Assembly: GCA_965243025.1 (NCBI GenBank)
Contig: CBDETY010000003.1
Span: forward strand, 512,001-576,000
Length of the DNA stretch: 64,000 nt
Reading direction: 5' to 3'
Source: Candidatus Latescibacterota bacterium
GTDB lineage: Bacteria > Latescibacterota > UBA2968 > UBA8231
This document shows, piece by piece, positions 18,679 to 27,982 of this stretch. The position numbers and the translations under genes were made by a program. The notes below the pieces were generated by a model. It was not told the DNA's origin, searched no databases, and saw nothing but the letters and a program-made list of their open reading frames with translations. How positions within the stretch are numbered: position 1 is the first letter of the stretch; every line of letters starts with the position of its first letter.

Positions 18679-19467
18679 CTACAGCACCTCGGCGCGGCTG
18701 AACAGCTCCTTCCCGCGGTCGGTCAGCTGCTCGAAGCTTTCGCGGTGGATCTCGACCCGCCTGCCGATGCAGAACCAGGACAGGGAGTAGCAGATCACCA
18801 GCTCCGGCCGCGGCCCGTCCGAGGTGTTGGGGGTGCCGCGGTGCAGGGCGCGCGGGTCCTGCACCCAGAAGGTGCCGCGGCGCATGTCGAGGCGCCGCGG
18901 GTGCGCGTCGAAGCCGCCGCGGGAGAGCAGCTCGTCGTACCTGCCCTCGAGCTCCGCTTCGGCCAGGTACTGCGTGCAGGGCAGCACCTCGATGCTGCCG
19001 TTCTCCTCGCTGGTGTCGACGAGCGGGATCTTGATCCCGAAATGAGGGTGGCGGGGGTTGCCGATGCCGGGGGTGAGCAGCTTCGTGTCCCGGTGCCAGC
19101 GCTGCAGGGTGCTGCCCGGCCACGGGTTGTTCGAGTGCAGGCAGGTGATCTGGAAGTCGTCGGTCTCCCAGTAGGATTCGAGAAACCCGAGGATGACGGG
19201 GTTGGCGTAGATCTCCGGGTCGAGGAACGGCGGGTCGAGCGGCCAGTTCAGGGTGTAGCGGGAGGGCAGCTGCATGCGCCCCTTGCCGGTGCGCAGGTCG
19301 CCGACCTCGGCGGCGCCGATTTCGGTCTCGCGGGCCCGGACGTGCTCGAGCAGCGGCATGAAGGCGTCGCAGAGCCCGTCAATCTTTCCGGGAGCGACGA
19401 GATCCTCGAAGAGGGTGAAGCCGTTGATCTTGAACTCGGCGATCTTGAGCTGCAGGTCGTACTCCAC
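18679..19467 (-). CDS. PhyH family Fe(II)/2OG dioxygenase
   Basis: NGFTLF, QRWHRD, IPLVD..EENG, ALHRGTPN...RP. Confidence 0.88.
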   Translation of the reverse strand: MEYDLQLKIAEFKINGFTLFEDLVAPGKIDGLCDAFMPLLEHVRARETEIGAAEVGDLRTGKGRMQLPSRYTLNWPLDPPFLDPEIYANPVILGFLESYWETDDFQITCLHSNNPWPGSTLQRWHRDTKLLTPGIGNPRHPHFGIKIPLVDTSEENGSIEVLPCTQYLAEAELEGRYDELLSRGGFDAHPRRLDMRRGTFWVQDPRALHRGTPNTSDGPRPELVICYSLSWFCIGRRVEIHRESFEQLTDRGKELFSRAEVL

Positions 19468-19582
19468 GGAACCATCTCCTGGTTTGTTGCGGCCTCCTGG
19501 CCGGCCGGCAATGACGGCCGTCGGAAAATTGGCTGCAGAGGAGCCGGATCAGGGCGGCCGAAGGCAAGTCGCCCCTGCCAGT

Positions 19583-19609
19583 GTTCAACAGGCTGCCAGG
19601 CGGTTGAAC
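19583..19609. repeat. IS/MITE-end-like motif GTTCAACAGGCTG followed by inverted GGCGGTTGAAC
   Basis: The 13-mer GTTCAACAGGCTG occurs at 19583-19595 and again at 20651-20663, both intergenic. Confidence 0.4.
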
Positions 19610-19774
19610 AAGCCGCCCCGCCGGCCGCGACGCAAGGCCGCGGCGGATGGACTTTTCCCACCGGCTCCCATACTCTGAAGCGGCATCTTCAGGCAGACAA
19701 CCCGTTCCAACTGTCACACCGGCCGCCGGAGCCGCCCTCGCTGGAGAGACTCACGGGGCCGAGGAGAGCGACCA

Positions 19775-20545
19775 ATGGACAACCTGTTTCTCGACGCGGC
19801 GGGCGGGCCCCGGCGGGTGCGCGGCGTCACCGTCAACAGCGGCTCGCCGCTGCTCGTCCGGCTGGCGGCGCGTATCGGCTGGGAGGCGGTCTGGATCGAG
19901 ATGGAGCACGGCCCCGCCGGGTTCGAGCGCGTCGAGGCGATGTGCACCGCGGCCGAGGCCGGCGGCACCGCCCCGCTGGTGCGCCTGCCGGACGGAGAGC
20001 GCAACAACGTGCTGCGCGCCCTGGAGTCGGGGGCGCGCATCCTCGTCGTGCCGATGGTGGACGACGCCGGGCACGCCCGCAGGGTGGTAGAGTACGGCAA
20101 GTACGCCCCCGTGGGGGCGCGCGGCTACAACACCCGCACCCCGGGCATGGATTTCGGGCTCGAGGACCCGGTGAAGGCGATGGCCAGGGCCAACGAGCGC
20201 ACCTTCCTCTTCACCCAGATCGAGACCCCCGAGGCGGTCGCCAACGCCGGCGAGATCCTCGCCGTCGAGGGGCTGAGCGGCATCTTCCTCGGGCCGGGGG
20301 ACCTGTCCGTAAACCTCGGGGTAACCGGGCAGATGACCGACCCGCGGCTGCGCGGGATGGTGCTCTCCTGCATCGAAAAGGCGAAGGCCGCAGGCAAGCT
20401 CAGCGGCATCTTCACCCTTCCGGGGCCGCTCCTCGAAGCGGCGATGGATGCCGGCTGCGACCTGGTGATCTGCGGCGGCGACGTCATGGATCTCGGCAAG
20501 GCCTGGGCGCAGCTGCTGGCCGCGATCCCGCCCCTGCAGCAGTGA
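19775..20545 (+). CDS. HpcH/HpaI aldolase family protein
   Basis: WIEMEHG, PLVR, VPMV, QIET, FLGPGDLS. Confidence 0.9.
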   Translation: MDNLFLDAAGGPRRVRGVTVNSGSPLLVRLAARIGWEAVWIEMEHGPAGFERVEAMCTAAEAGGTAPLVRLPDGERNNVLRALESGARILVVPMVDDAGHARRVVEYGKYAPVGARGYNTRTPGMDFGLEDPVKAMARANERTFLFTQIETPEAVANAGEILAVEGLSGIFLGPGDLSVNLGVTGQMTDPRLRGMVLSCIEKAKAAGKLSGIFTLPGPLLEAAMDAGCDLVICGGDVMDLGKAWAQLLAAIPPLQQ

Positions 20546-20809
20546 CCCTGCGGGAACACCTGGAGGAGTAGAAAAGAGAGGTCCACCGTCTTTCCCGGGT
20601 ACCTCTCGGCCGCTGAAGCCGCGGAAGTGGCGCCGGGCGATGGACCCGGAGTTCAACAGGCTGTTCCGCCGCAGCCCCGCCAAAACCGGGATGCAGAATT
20701 GTGCGGATTCCGGCGCACGAAGGGCTGCCCCCGCTGGCCGGGAGGCACGTCACCAGGACGCTGATGCCGGACTTCGCAGTTCTCGTCCGGTTGCCGCGGG
20801 CAGGCAGGC

Positions 20810-21550
20810 TCAGCGGAAGTGGCTGTCGGCGGCGTGCAGGGCCCCGAGCCCGCGCTGCATGCGCAGCAGCTCCTTCTGGCGCTGGTTGAGCTGTCCGTAC
20901 CACTCCGCGGGAAACCCGTCGTGGGGATCGAGCTGGAACACCAGCATGTGCTTGCGGTAGTGCCCGAACAGAGCGTGGCGGTCGGCGCTGCTGTTGTTGG
21001 CTCCCCCGGCGTGCCAGCACTGGCCGTTGAACACCAGCACGCTCCCCGCCGGCGCCGACGGCTGCACGACGTGGGCGACCTCGAACCCCTCGGCAGGGGC
21101 CCCCAACCCGCTCTTGTGCGATCCCGGCACCACCCGGGTGCCGCCGTTCTCCGGGCTGAAGTCGTCGAGCATCCAGACCGTGTTCATCATCACCGGCGAG
21201 GCCATGTTCAGCATCCCGACGGGGATGTCGCTGTGGAACTCCTGGTCGCCGTCGCCGGGACGCACGATGCGGGAGTTGAGGCTGCCGAGGATGAGGTTCT
21301 CCCCGAGGAAGTGCTCGAGCAGGGGCAGGGTGCGCGGGTGGTCGATGCAGCGGAAGAAGACCGGGTCGAGCACCGGCAGGTTGGCGACGTGCCGCGCCGA
21401 TCCCCGGTGGGCGTGCTCGGTGCCGACCTCCCGGTCGCAGCGGATCAGGGCCTCGCGCATCTGCCCGGCCTCCGCGGCGTCCAGCACCGCTTCGAGCACG
21501 GTGAAGCCGTAGATCTCGATCTCGTGCACAGCCTGTTCGAAGTCGTTCAC
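20810..21550 (-). CDS. PhyH family Fe(II)/2OG dioxygenase (close paralog of 16548..17333)
   Basis: FHSD, SPVMMNTVWMLDDFSPE, VPGSHKSGL, FNGQCWHAGG shared with the paralog. Confidence 0.88.
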   Translation of the reverse strand: MNDFEQAVHEIEIYGFTVLEAVLDAAEAGQMREALIRCDREVGTEHAHRGSARHVANLPVLDPVFFRCIDHPRTLPLLEHFLGENLILGSLNSRIVRPGDGDQEFHSDIPVGMLNMASPVMMNTVWMLDDFSPENGGTRVVPGSHKSGLGAPAEGFEVAHVVQPSAPAGSVLVFNGQCWHAGGANNSSADRHALFGHYRKHMLVFQLDPHDGFPAEWYGQLNQRQKELLRMQRGLGALHAADSHFR

Positions 21551-21797
21551 GGTTTTTCCTTGTCCGAGGGGTTGAGATTGGGGCGGTTACCGGGGGGACG
21601 AGCTGCCGGTGAAAGCGCCGCCGCGGCGCATTGCCGCGGCCCCTTCGTGTTTCCAGTGCAAGAACGGCGGCGGCAGACCCCAGCGCTTCACCCGCGGGAA
21701 CGGTACGGGAGACCTTCTTTCCAGTTCGTAACAAAATGTTGCAAACTCGGGCTGAGCATAGCCTGGCATTGTCGGAACGGTCCGGTCCTGCTTTTGT

Positions 21798-21842
21798 TCA
21801 TCTATGCAATTGAAACATTTTGCGTTACATTTGCATAGATGA
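21798..21842. promoter_or_regulatory. Operator-like inverted repeat overlapping the ATPase start codon
   Basis: TCATCTATGCAATTGAAAC-N7-GTTACATTTGCATAGATGA; 17 of 19 arm positions complementary; AT-rich in a GC-rich genome. Confidence 0.6.
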
Positions 21843-23005
21843 TACTCCGCAAAATCAAGCCGGCCCTGAACCAACTGCTGGACAGCAACCCTGCGGTTGT
21901 CCTGATCGGGCCGCGCCAGGTCGGCAAGACGACGCTCGCGCGGGAAGTCGCCGACGAGCGCGATGCCCTCTACCTGGATCTGGAGCGGCCGAGCGATCTG
22001 GCAAAGACTTCCGATATCGAGCAATACTGCGCCGAAAACGCCAACCGATTGCTCGTTTTCGACGAGGTGCATCGCGCGCCGGGATTGTTCGCCCCGTTGC
22101 GCGCGATAATAGACGAACACCGGCGTGCTGGTAAGAGGTCGGGGCTGTTCCTGTTGCTCGGCTCGGCCTCCATCGACCTGCTGCAACAGTCGAGCGAGAC
22201 GCTCGCGGGCCGCCTCGTCTATTGCGAGTTGCATCCCGTCAATGTCAGCGAAGTGCCAGTGGACGCGCTGCGCCGACTCTGGTGCAGAGGCGGTTTCCCG
22301 GAGAGCTACCTTGCCCCAGGCGACGCGGAGAGCCTCGACTGGCGCCTCTCCTTCATCCGCACGTACCTCGAACGCGACATTCCCCAGCTCGGGCCGCGCA
22401 TTCCCGCCGAGACCCTGCGCCGGTTCTGGACCATGCTCGCTCACAATCAGGGGCAAACCCATAATGCCGCGGCGCTCGCACGGGGCCTCGATGTCAGCGG
22501 CGTTACCATCGCCCGCTACCTGGACTTGCTGGCCGACCTCCTGCTGATCCGCCGCCTGCCGCCCTGGACCAGCAACGTGGGGCGGCGACTCGTCAAGGCA
22601 CCCAAGGTATATGTCAGGGACAGCGGCGTCTGCCATGCGCTGCTCGGCATCGAGACGCTCGACGACCTGTTCGGGCATCCCGTCATTGGCGGCAGTTGGG
22701 AAGGCTACGTCGTCGAGAACATCGCCGGCGCCCTGCCGGGACGGGCGTCCTGCGGCTACTACCGCACCGCGGGCGGCGCGGAAGTCGACCTTGTGGTCAA
22801 TCTCGGTGCTGGCGAAATCTGGGCGGTAGAAATCAAGTACAGCTCCGCTCCCAGGGTCTCCAAGGGGTTCCACAGCGCATGCGAAGACCTGCGACCCAAC
22901 CGGAAGTTCGTCGTTCACGCTGGCAGCGAAAGCTTCCCGCTGGCAAAGGACATCCGCGCCGTGACGCTGCCGGCTTTCCTCCAGCTACTGGGGCAATCGC
23001 GTTGA
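21839..23005 (+). CDS. AAA_14-type ATPase with wHTH and DUF4143 (PD-(D/E)XK-like) C-terminus
   Basis: GPRQVGKTT, FDEVH, LLGSAS, GGFPES, KAPKVYVRDSG, YYRT..GAEVDLV, AVEIK. Confidence 0.9.
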   Translation: MILRKIKPALNQLLDSNPAVVLIGPRQVGKTTLAREVADERDALYLDLERPSDLAKTSDIEQYCAENANRLLVFDEVHRAPGLFAPLRAIIDEHRRAGKRSGLFLLLGSASIDLLQQSSETLAGRLVYCELHPVNVSEVPVDALRRLWCRGGFPESYLAPGDAESLDWRLSFIRTYLERDIPQLGPRIPAETLRRFWTMLAHNQGQTHNAAALARGLDVSGVTIARYLDLLADLLLIRRLPPWTSNVGRRLVKAPKVYVRDSGVCHALLGIETLDDLFGHPVIGGSWEGYVVENIAGALPGRASCGYYRTAGGAEVDLVVNLGAGEIWAVEIKYSSAPRVSKGFHSACEDLRPNRKFVVHAGSESFPLAKDIRAVTLPAFLQLLGQSR

Positions 23006-23095
23006 GCCATGCTTGAAGCGGTAATGGAAATTCGGCACGACCAACGGCATTCAGCACACCGGCTTTCCTGCGCCTTGTGCTTCACGCCGGCCGCC

Positions 23096-23226
23096 TTGAC
23101 CGAACCGACCCGGGATCACTCGAGCCTGTCGCGCCTTCGCCGGCCCCTGCCCGAAGCCGTGCCCCCGGGCGGTCTTCGGCCGGGTGCCGAAGGTGTCGTC
23201 CGGCCACGCCCTGCTGCAGGGCAACC
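23096..23226 (+). mobile_element. Degenerate transposase fragment (IS5/IS1182-like, DUF772 region)
   Basis: LTEPTRDHSSLSRLRRPLPEAV, then after a frameshift RAVFGRVPKVSSGHALLQG, resembling the 'TPDHSSLSR.RRRLP...VF..VL......LL.G' segment of these transposases. Confidence 0.5.
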
Positions 23227-23264
23227 ATCCCCCGTCCCCCGAACGAAAGCGAGAGGCCCTGAAC

Positions 23265-24365
23265 ATGGCACGAGTTCTCGGTGAAGCGTTCCGCGAGGCA
23301 GAGCGGACCCGCCCCCGAAGGATGCACCGCGCCGCGGTGGTCGGCTGCGGCCGCATGGGCAGCACCATCGACGACGAGCAGATCGGCAGGCCCAGCTACC
23401 CGTGGCCGTGGGCGCACGCGCCGGCCATCATCGAGGCCCGCAACGTCGAGCTGGTCGCCGCCGCCGACGTCGACCAGGCAAAGCTCGACGACTTCCGGCG
23501 GCGCTGGAAGGTCGAGGCCCTCTACCGCGACTACCGCGAGATGGCGGCCAGCGAGAAACCGGATCTCGTCGCCGTGACCACCGGCCCGGAGGAGCGGGCC
23601 GAGGTGGTGATCGGGCTCGCCGAGGCCGGGGTCAAGGGGATCTTCGCCACCAAGCCGATGTGCCGGACCCTGGCCGAGGCGGACGCCATGATCGCCGCCT
23701 GCCGCGGCAACGGCGTCATCCTGGCGATGGCCTGCCACCTCAACTGGTACTGCTGGTACACCAGCGCCCGCGAGGCGATCGCCGCCGGCGTCATCGGCGA
23801 GCTGCGCTCGATGGTCTGCCACTGCTCCGCCTCGCTCTCCAACATCGGCAGCCACACCCTGGCGCTGATGCGCCTGTTCGCCGGCGCCCCGGCGGGCTGG
23901 GTCTTCGGCCACATGGACAGCGACGCCGAGGCCGCCGGCAGCGCCGACCTGTCGGGAACGGGGTACGTCGTGTACGAGAACGGGGTGCGCGCCCTGCTGA
24001 ACTCGCGCTGCGAGCAGAACGCCGGCTTCCAGTGGACGATGGAGTTCATCGGCGAGGGAGGCCGCATCCTGTCGCGCAACGCCCACGCGCAGTTCGAGCT
24101 GTGGACGAAGGACCCGGATACCGGCACCTCGGTGAAGCGCCAGTTCCCCGGGCCCTGGTACCCGCGCAGCTCCATGGTCGACGCCATCGAGGGGGTCTGC
24201 CGCTCCATCGAGGAGGGGGAGGAGCGCACCTGCCCCGGCGAGTTCGGCCGCGAGGCCCTCGAGATCGCCATCGCCCTGAGGGAGTCCCACCGCCGCGGCC
24301 ACGTCCGCGTCGACCTGCCGCTCGCCGACCGCAGCCTGGCCCTGGGGGGGCGCGGCCTTGCCTGA
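23265..24365 (+). CDS. Gfo/Idh/MocA family oxidoreductase
   Basis: AAVVGCGRMG, IFATKPM, IGSHTL; alternative start 23322. Confidence 0.88.
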   Translation: MARVLGEAFREAERTRPRRMHRAAVVGCGRMGSTIDDEQIGRPSYPWPWAHAPAIIEARNVELVAAADVDQAKLDDFRRRWKVEALYRDYREMAASEKPDLVAVTTGPEERAEVVIGLAEAGVKGIFATKPMCRTLAEADAMIAACRGNGVILAMACHLNWYCWYTSAREAIAAGVIGELRSMVCHCSASLSNIGSHTLALMRLFAGAPAGWVFGHMDSDAEAAGSADLSGTGYVVYENGVRALLNSRCEQNAGFQWTMEFIGEGGRILSRNAHAQFELWTKDPDTGTSVKRQFPGPWYPRSSMVDAIEGVCRSIEEGEERTCPGEFGREALEIAIALRESHRRGHVRVDLPLADRSLALGGRGLA

Positions 24366-25467
24366 ACCGTACCGGGTCGCCGTCATCGGCTCGACCGGGC
24401 GCGGCGGCTTCGCCCACGGCCTCGACCTCGCCTTTTGCGGTCTCGAGGGGGCGCGCGTGGTAGCCGCCGCCGACCACGATCCGGAAGGGCTGGCCGCCGC
24501 CGGTGAGAAGATCGGGGTGTCGCGCCTCTACACCGACTACCGCAGGATGCTGGAGGCGGAGAAGCCCGACATCTGCGTCATCGCCCCGGGCCGGGTCGGG
24601 GAGCGGGTGCCGATGGTCGAGGCGGCCGCCGCAGCCGGGTGCCACATCTACCTGGAGAAACCGGCCGCCGGAAGCCTCGCGGAGATCGACGCCATCCTCG
24701 CCGCGGTCGAGCCTGACAACCTCAAGGTCGGGGTCGCCCACCAGTGGCGGGCGGCGGCGCCGGTGCAGCGGGCGATCCGCGAGGTCGCCGCGGGGGAACA
24801 CGGGCGCCTGCTGCGCCTGTGGGGCCGCCCCAAGGACGACCCCCGCGGCGGCGGCGAGGAGCTGCTCCTGCACGGCACCCACATGTTCGACCTGATGATC
24901 GCCTTCGCCGGCCCGCCGCGCTGGGTGTGGGGGCACGTGGCCGTCGGGGACCGCGACGCGGCAGTCGAGGACGCCCGCACCGGTTCGGTCGGTCTCATGG
25001 CCGGGGACTCGGTCTCGGCGGTGTTCGGCTTCGACCACGGCGTCCGCGGCTTCTGGGACTCGACCGCCGGACTCGCCGCGCCCGAGCGCGGCATGGGCGA
25101 TCTCTTCGGGGTGGGGCTCGAGTGCGAGCGGGCCCGCCTCGAGCTGCGCCAGCCGGGGGAGGTCTACCTCTATCCGGCGCCGCGGGTGCTGCCCGATCTC
25201 GGGCTCGACTGGGAGCGCCTCGTCGTTCCCGGCTGGCACGAGGAAGAGCATTTCGCCGAGGTGCGGCGCAACTTCCTGCACGCCGGCAACAGGATCCTGG
25301 CCCGCGACCTGATGGCGGCGGTCGCCGCGGACCGCGAGCCCCTGTCGAGCATCCGGTCGGTCCGCTACACCGTCGAAATGGTCCAGGGGGTGTACGCCTC
25401 CCATCTCGCCGGAGGTGTGCGCCTCTCCATCCCGCTGCAGGACCGCGAACATCCACTGAAAGGCTGA
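24358..25467 (+). CDS. Gfo/Idh/MocA family oxidoreductase
   Basis: VAVIGSTGRGGFAHGL, IYLEKP, RGGGEELLLHGTHMFD; overlaps the upstream stop. Confidence 0.88.
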   Translation: MPEPYRVAVIGSTGRGGFAHGLDLAFCGLEGARVVAAADHDPEGLAAAGEKIGVSRLYTDYRRMLEAEKPDICVIAPGRVGERVPMVEAAAAAGCHIYLEKPAAGSLAEIDAILAAVEPDNLKVGVAHQWRAAAPVQRAIREVAAGEHGRLLRLWGRPKDDPRGGGEELLLHGTHMFDLMIAFAGPPRWVWGHVAVGDRDAAVEDARTGSVGLMAGDSVSAVFGFDHGVRGFWDSTAGLAAPERGMGDLFGVGLECERARLELRQPGEVYLYPAPRVLPDLGLDWERLVVPGWHEEEHFAEVRRNFLHAGNRILARDLMAAVAADREPLSSIRSVRYTVEMVQGVYASHLAGGVRLSIPLQDREHPLKG

Positions 25468-25477
25468 AAGGACTCCC

Positions 25478-26275
25478 ATGACCCGATCCGCCAACTACGT
25501 CGAGCGCTTCAGGGAGGCGGTGGCCGAGGGCCGGCCGGTGGTCGGCACCGAGATCACGCTGACCGATCCGCTCGCTTCCGAAGCCGCCGCCGAGGCCGGC
25601 AGCGACTTCCTCTGGATCGAGACCGAGCACGCCCACCTCGATCTGCCCTCGGTTCTCGCCCATTTGCTGGCGGCGCGCGCCGCGCAGGTGCCGGCCCTGG
25701 TCCGCGTCGGCTGGAACGACGCCGTCCTCATCAAGCGCGTCATCGACCTGGCGCCGGCCGGCATCGTCGTGCCGATGGTCTGCTCCGCCGAAGAAGCCGC
25801 GGCCGCGGTGCGGGCCTTCCGCTATCCGCCCGAGGGGGTGCGCGGCTGGGGCCCGGTGCGCAACATGATGTACTTCGACTCGGCCGACGACTACGTCGCC
25901 GCCGCCGGGGACCAGGTGCTCTGCATCCTCCAGATCGAGCACGTCAAGGCGGTGCGCAACCTCGACGGCATCCTGGCGACTCCCGGGGTCCACGGCATCG
26001 TGCTGGGACCCGGCGACCTGTCGGCGTCGGTGGGCAGGCACGGGAACCGCAACGACCCCGAGGTCGCCGCCATGATCGACACCGTGATCGCCAGGGCCTC
26101 CGCCTCCGGCCTGCTGGTCGGCACCTCGATCGGCTTCGATCCCGATACGGTCAGCGACTGGTTCGCAAAGGGGGTGCAGTGGTTCGCCCTCGGGGATACC
26201 ACCAGCCACATCGCCGAGGGGACCGCCGCGGTCGTGCAGGGGGTGCGGGATCTCGGCTTGTCCCGCAAGTCCTGA
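25478..26275 (+). CDS. HpcH/HpaI aldolase family protein
   Basis: DFLWIETEH, ALVRV, VPMV, RYPPEGVRG, QIEH, LGPGDLS. Confidence 0.9.
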   Translation: MTRSANYVERFREAVAEGRPVVGTEITLTDPLASEAAAEAGSDFLWIETEHAHLDLPSVLAHLLAARAAQVPALVRVGWNDAVLIKRVIDLAPAGIVVPMVCSAEEAAAAVRAFRYPPEGVRGWGPVRNMMYFDSADDYVAAAGDQVLCILQIEHVKAVRNLDGILATPGVHGIVLGPGDLSASVGRHGNRNDPEVAAMIDTVIARASASGLLVGTSIGFDPDTVSDWFAKGVQWFALGDTTSHIAEGTAAVVQGVRDLGLSRKS

Positions 26276-26278
26276 ACC

Positions 26279-27871
26279 GTGGCGGAACCCGGCCCATTCA
26301 TCCACGCCTACACCGACCGGCTCAGCGTGCCGCAGGGGGGCGGGATCGGCTTCTGCGTCTCGACCGGCCTGCCTTCATTCGAGGTGGAGATCGCCCGCCT
26401 CGGCGCCCGGCGGCAGGTCGTGTGGACGCGCAGCGCCATCCCCGGCAGGGAGCACCCCGTACCCGCCGACGCCTCGGAGAGGGGCTGCGGCTGGCCGGTG
26501 TCGTTCGCGGTCCCGGTCGGCGCGGACTGGCCCTCCGGGTACTACCAGGCCCTGCTGCGGGGAGAGGACCGGGCCGGAAACCGGGTGCGCGGGGAGGCGG
26601 CCTTCGTCGTGCGCTCCGCCAATCCCGGGCAGGACGCCGCCATCCTGCTGCAGCGGCCGACCAACACGGAAGCGGCCTACAACTCCTGGGGCGGTTCCAC
26701 CTTCTACACCGGCCCGCGCGGGCCGGCGCGCAGGCTCTCCTTCGAGCGGCCGTTCGCCGGTTTCCCGGGGACGGAGCGGTTCCGGTTCACGGTGAGCGGG
26801 GAGTTCGCCTCCGACCTCGACCGGGGAATGGTCCCCGAGGCCCTGGCTGAATCGCTGACCGCCGGAGGGGTCGAGGTTTCCCCCTGGCGGGGCGTCGACG
26901 TCGAGCGCCCCGGAGAGCGCTGGCACATCCTCGACGTCGGCTTCCTGTCGACGCTGGTGCGGCGGGGGGACCGGATCGCCGTGTTCGACGGCTTCTCGAC
27001 CTGGCTGAGTTGCTGGCATCACTGGGAGCGCCACTTCGTCGCCTGGGCCGAGGCGGCCGGGTACGCCATCGACTACGCCGTCAACGGCGACCTCGAGAGC
27101 AACCCCGAGCTGCTGGAAGGGTACCGGCTGGTGCTGTCGGTCGGCCACGACGAGTACTGGTCGGCGCCGATGCGGGACAGCCTGGAGGGGTTCGTCGGGG
27201 CCGGGGGCAACGCCGCATTCTTCAGCGGCAACGTCAGCTGGTGGCAGGTGCGCAGCGAGCAGGAAGGGCGCGCCCTGGTCTGCTGGAAGGACGAGATGGA
27301 AAGGGACCCGCACTTCGCCTCAGGAGACCACGCCACCCTGTCGACCCTCTGGTGCCATCGCCTGATCGGCCGCCCGGAGAACCTGCTCACCGGGGTCAGC
27401 TTCGCGTACGGCGGGTACCACGGCTTCTTTTCCGGGACGCCGCAGACCGGGGCCTACACCGTCCACCGGCCCGGCCACTGGATGTTCGCCGGGACCGGGC
27501 TGAAACAGGGGGACCTGCTCGGGCAGAAGGACCAGATCGTCAGCTACGAGTGCGACGGCTGCGAGTTCGAGCTCGTCGGCGGCCTGCCGGTCCCGACCTG
27601 CCGCGACGGCACCCCTGACAGCTTCGAGATCCTCGCCACCGCGCCGGCTTCCTTGAGCGACGGCGACGACTCGATCGCCATGGCTTCCGAAGCGATCTAC
27701 GGCCCCGGCGCCGGGAGGCGGCTGACCGAGGGGGCCGCGGTCCTGGGGACCTTCAGCCGCGGGGGAACCGTGGTGACCACCGGGTGCACCGACTGGTGCA
27801 TGGGGCTGAAGGGGGGCGATCCCGCGGTGGACCGCATCACCCGCAATATCCTGGACCGGTTGTCGGCTTAG
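26279..27871 (+). CDS. N,N-dimethylformamidase beta-subunit family protein
   Basis: GCGWP, DWPSGYY, TNTEAAYNSWGG, SFERP, LSVGHDEYWS, FFSGN..WQVR, RPENLLTG, YECDG. Confidence 0.8.
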   Translation: MAEPGPFIHAYTDRLSVPQGGGIGFCVSTGLPSFEVEIARLGARRQVVWTRSAIPGREHPVPADASERGCGWPVSFAVPVGADWPSGYYQALLRGEDRAGNRVRGEAAFVVRSANPGQDAAILLQRPTNTEAAYNSWGGSTFYTGPRGPARRLSFERPFAGFPGTERFRFTVSGEFASDLDRGMVPEALAESLTAGGVEVSPWRGVDVERPGERWHILDVGFLSTLVRRGDRIAVFDGFSTWLSCWHHWERHFVAWAEAAGYAIDYAVNGDLESNPELLEGYRLVLSVGHDEYWSAPMRDSLEGFVGAGGNAAFFSGNVSWWQVRSEQEGRALVCWKDEMERDPHFASGDHATLSTLWCHRLIGRPENLLTGVSFAYGGYHGFFSGTPQTGAYTVHRPGHWMFAGTGLKQGDLLGQKDQIVSYECDGCEFELVGGLPVPTCRDGTPDSFEILATAPASLSDGDDSIAMASEAIYGPGAGRRLTEGAAVLGTFSRGGTVVTTGCTDWCMGLKGGDPAVDRITRNILDRLSA

Positions 27872-27982
27872 GTGAGGGGCGGCCGGCCCCGGGGGCAAAG
27901 CCGGCTTGCGGATCTGCGGTCTCGATGCCCGGGTTTCCGGCCGGCTGATCCCGCCCGGGCTCCTTCGAAAGGGCCGCCCGTT

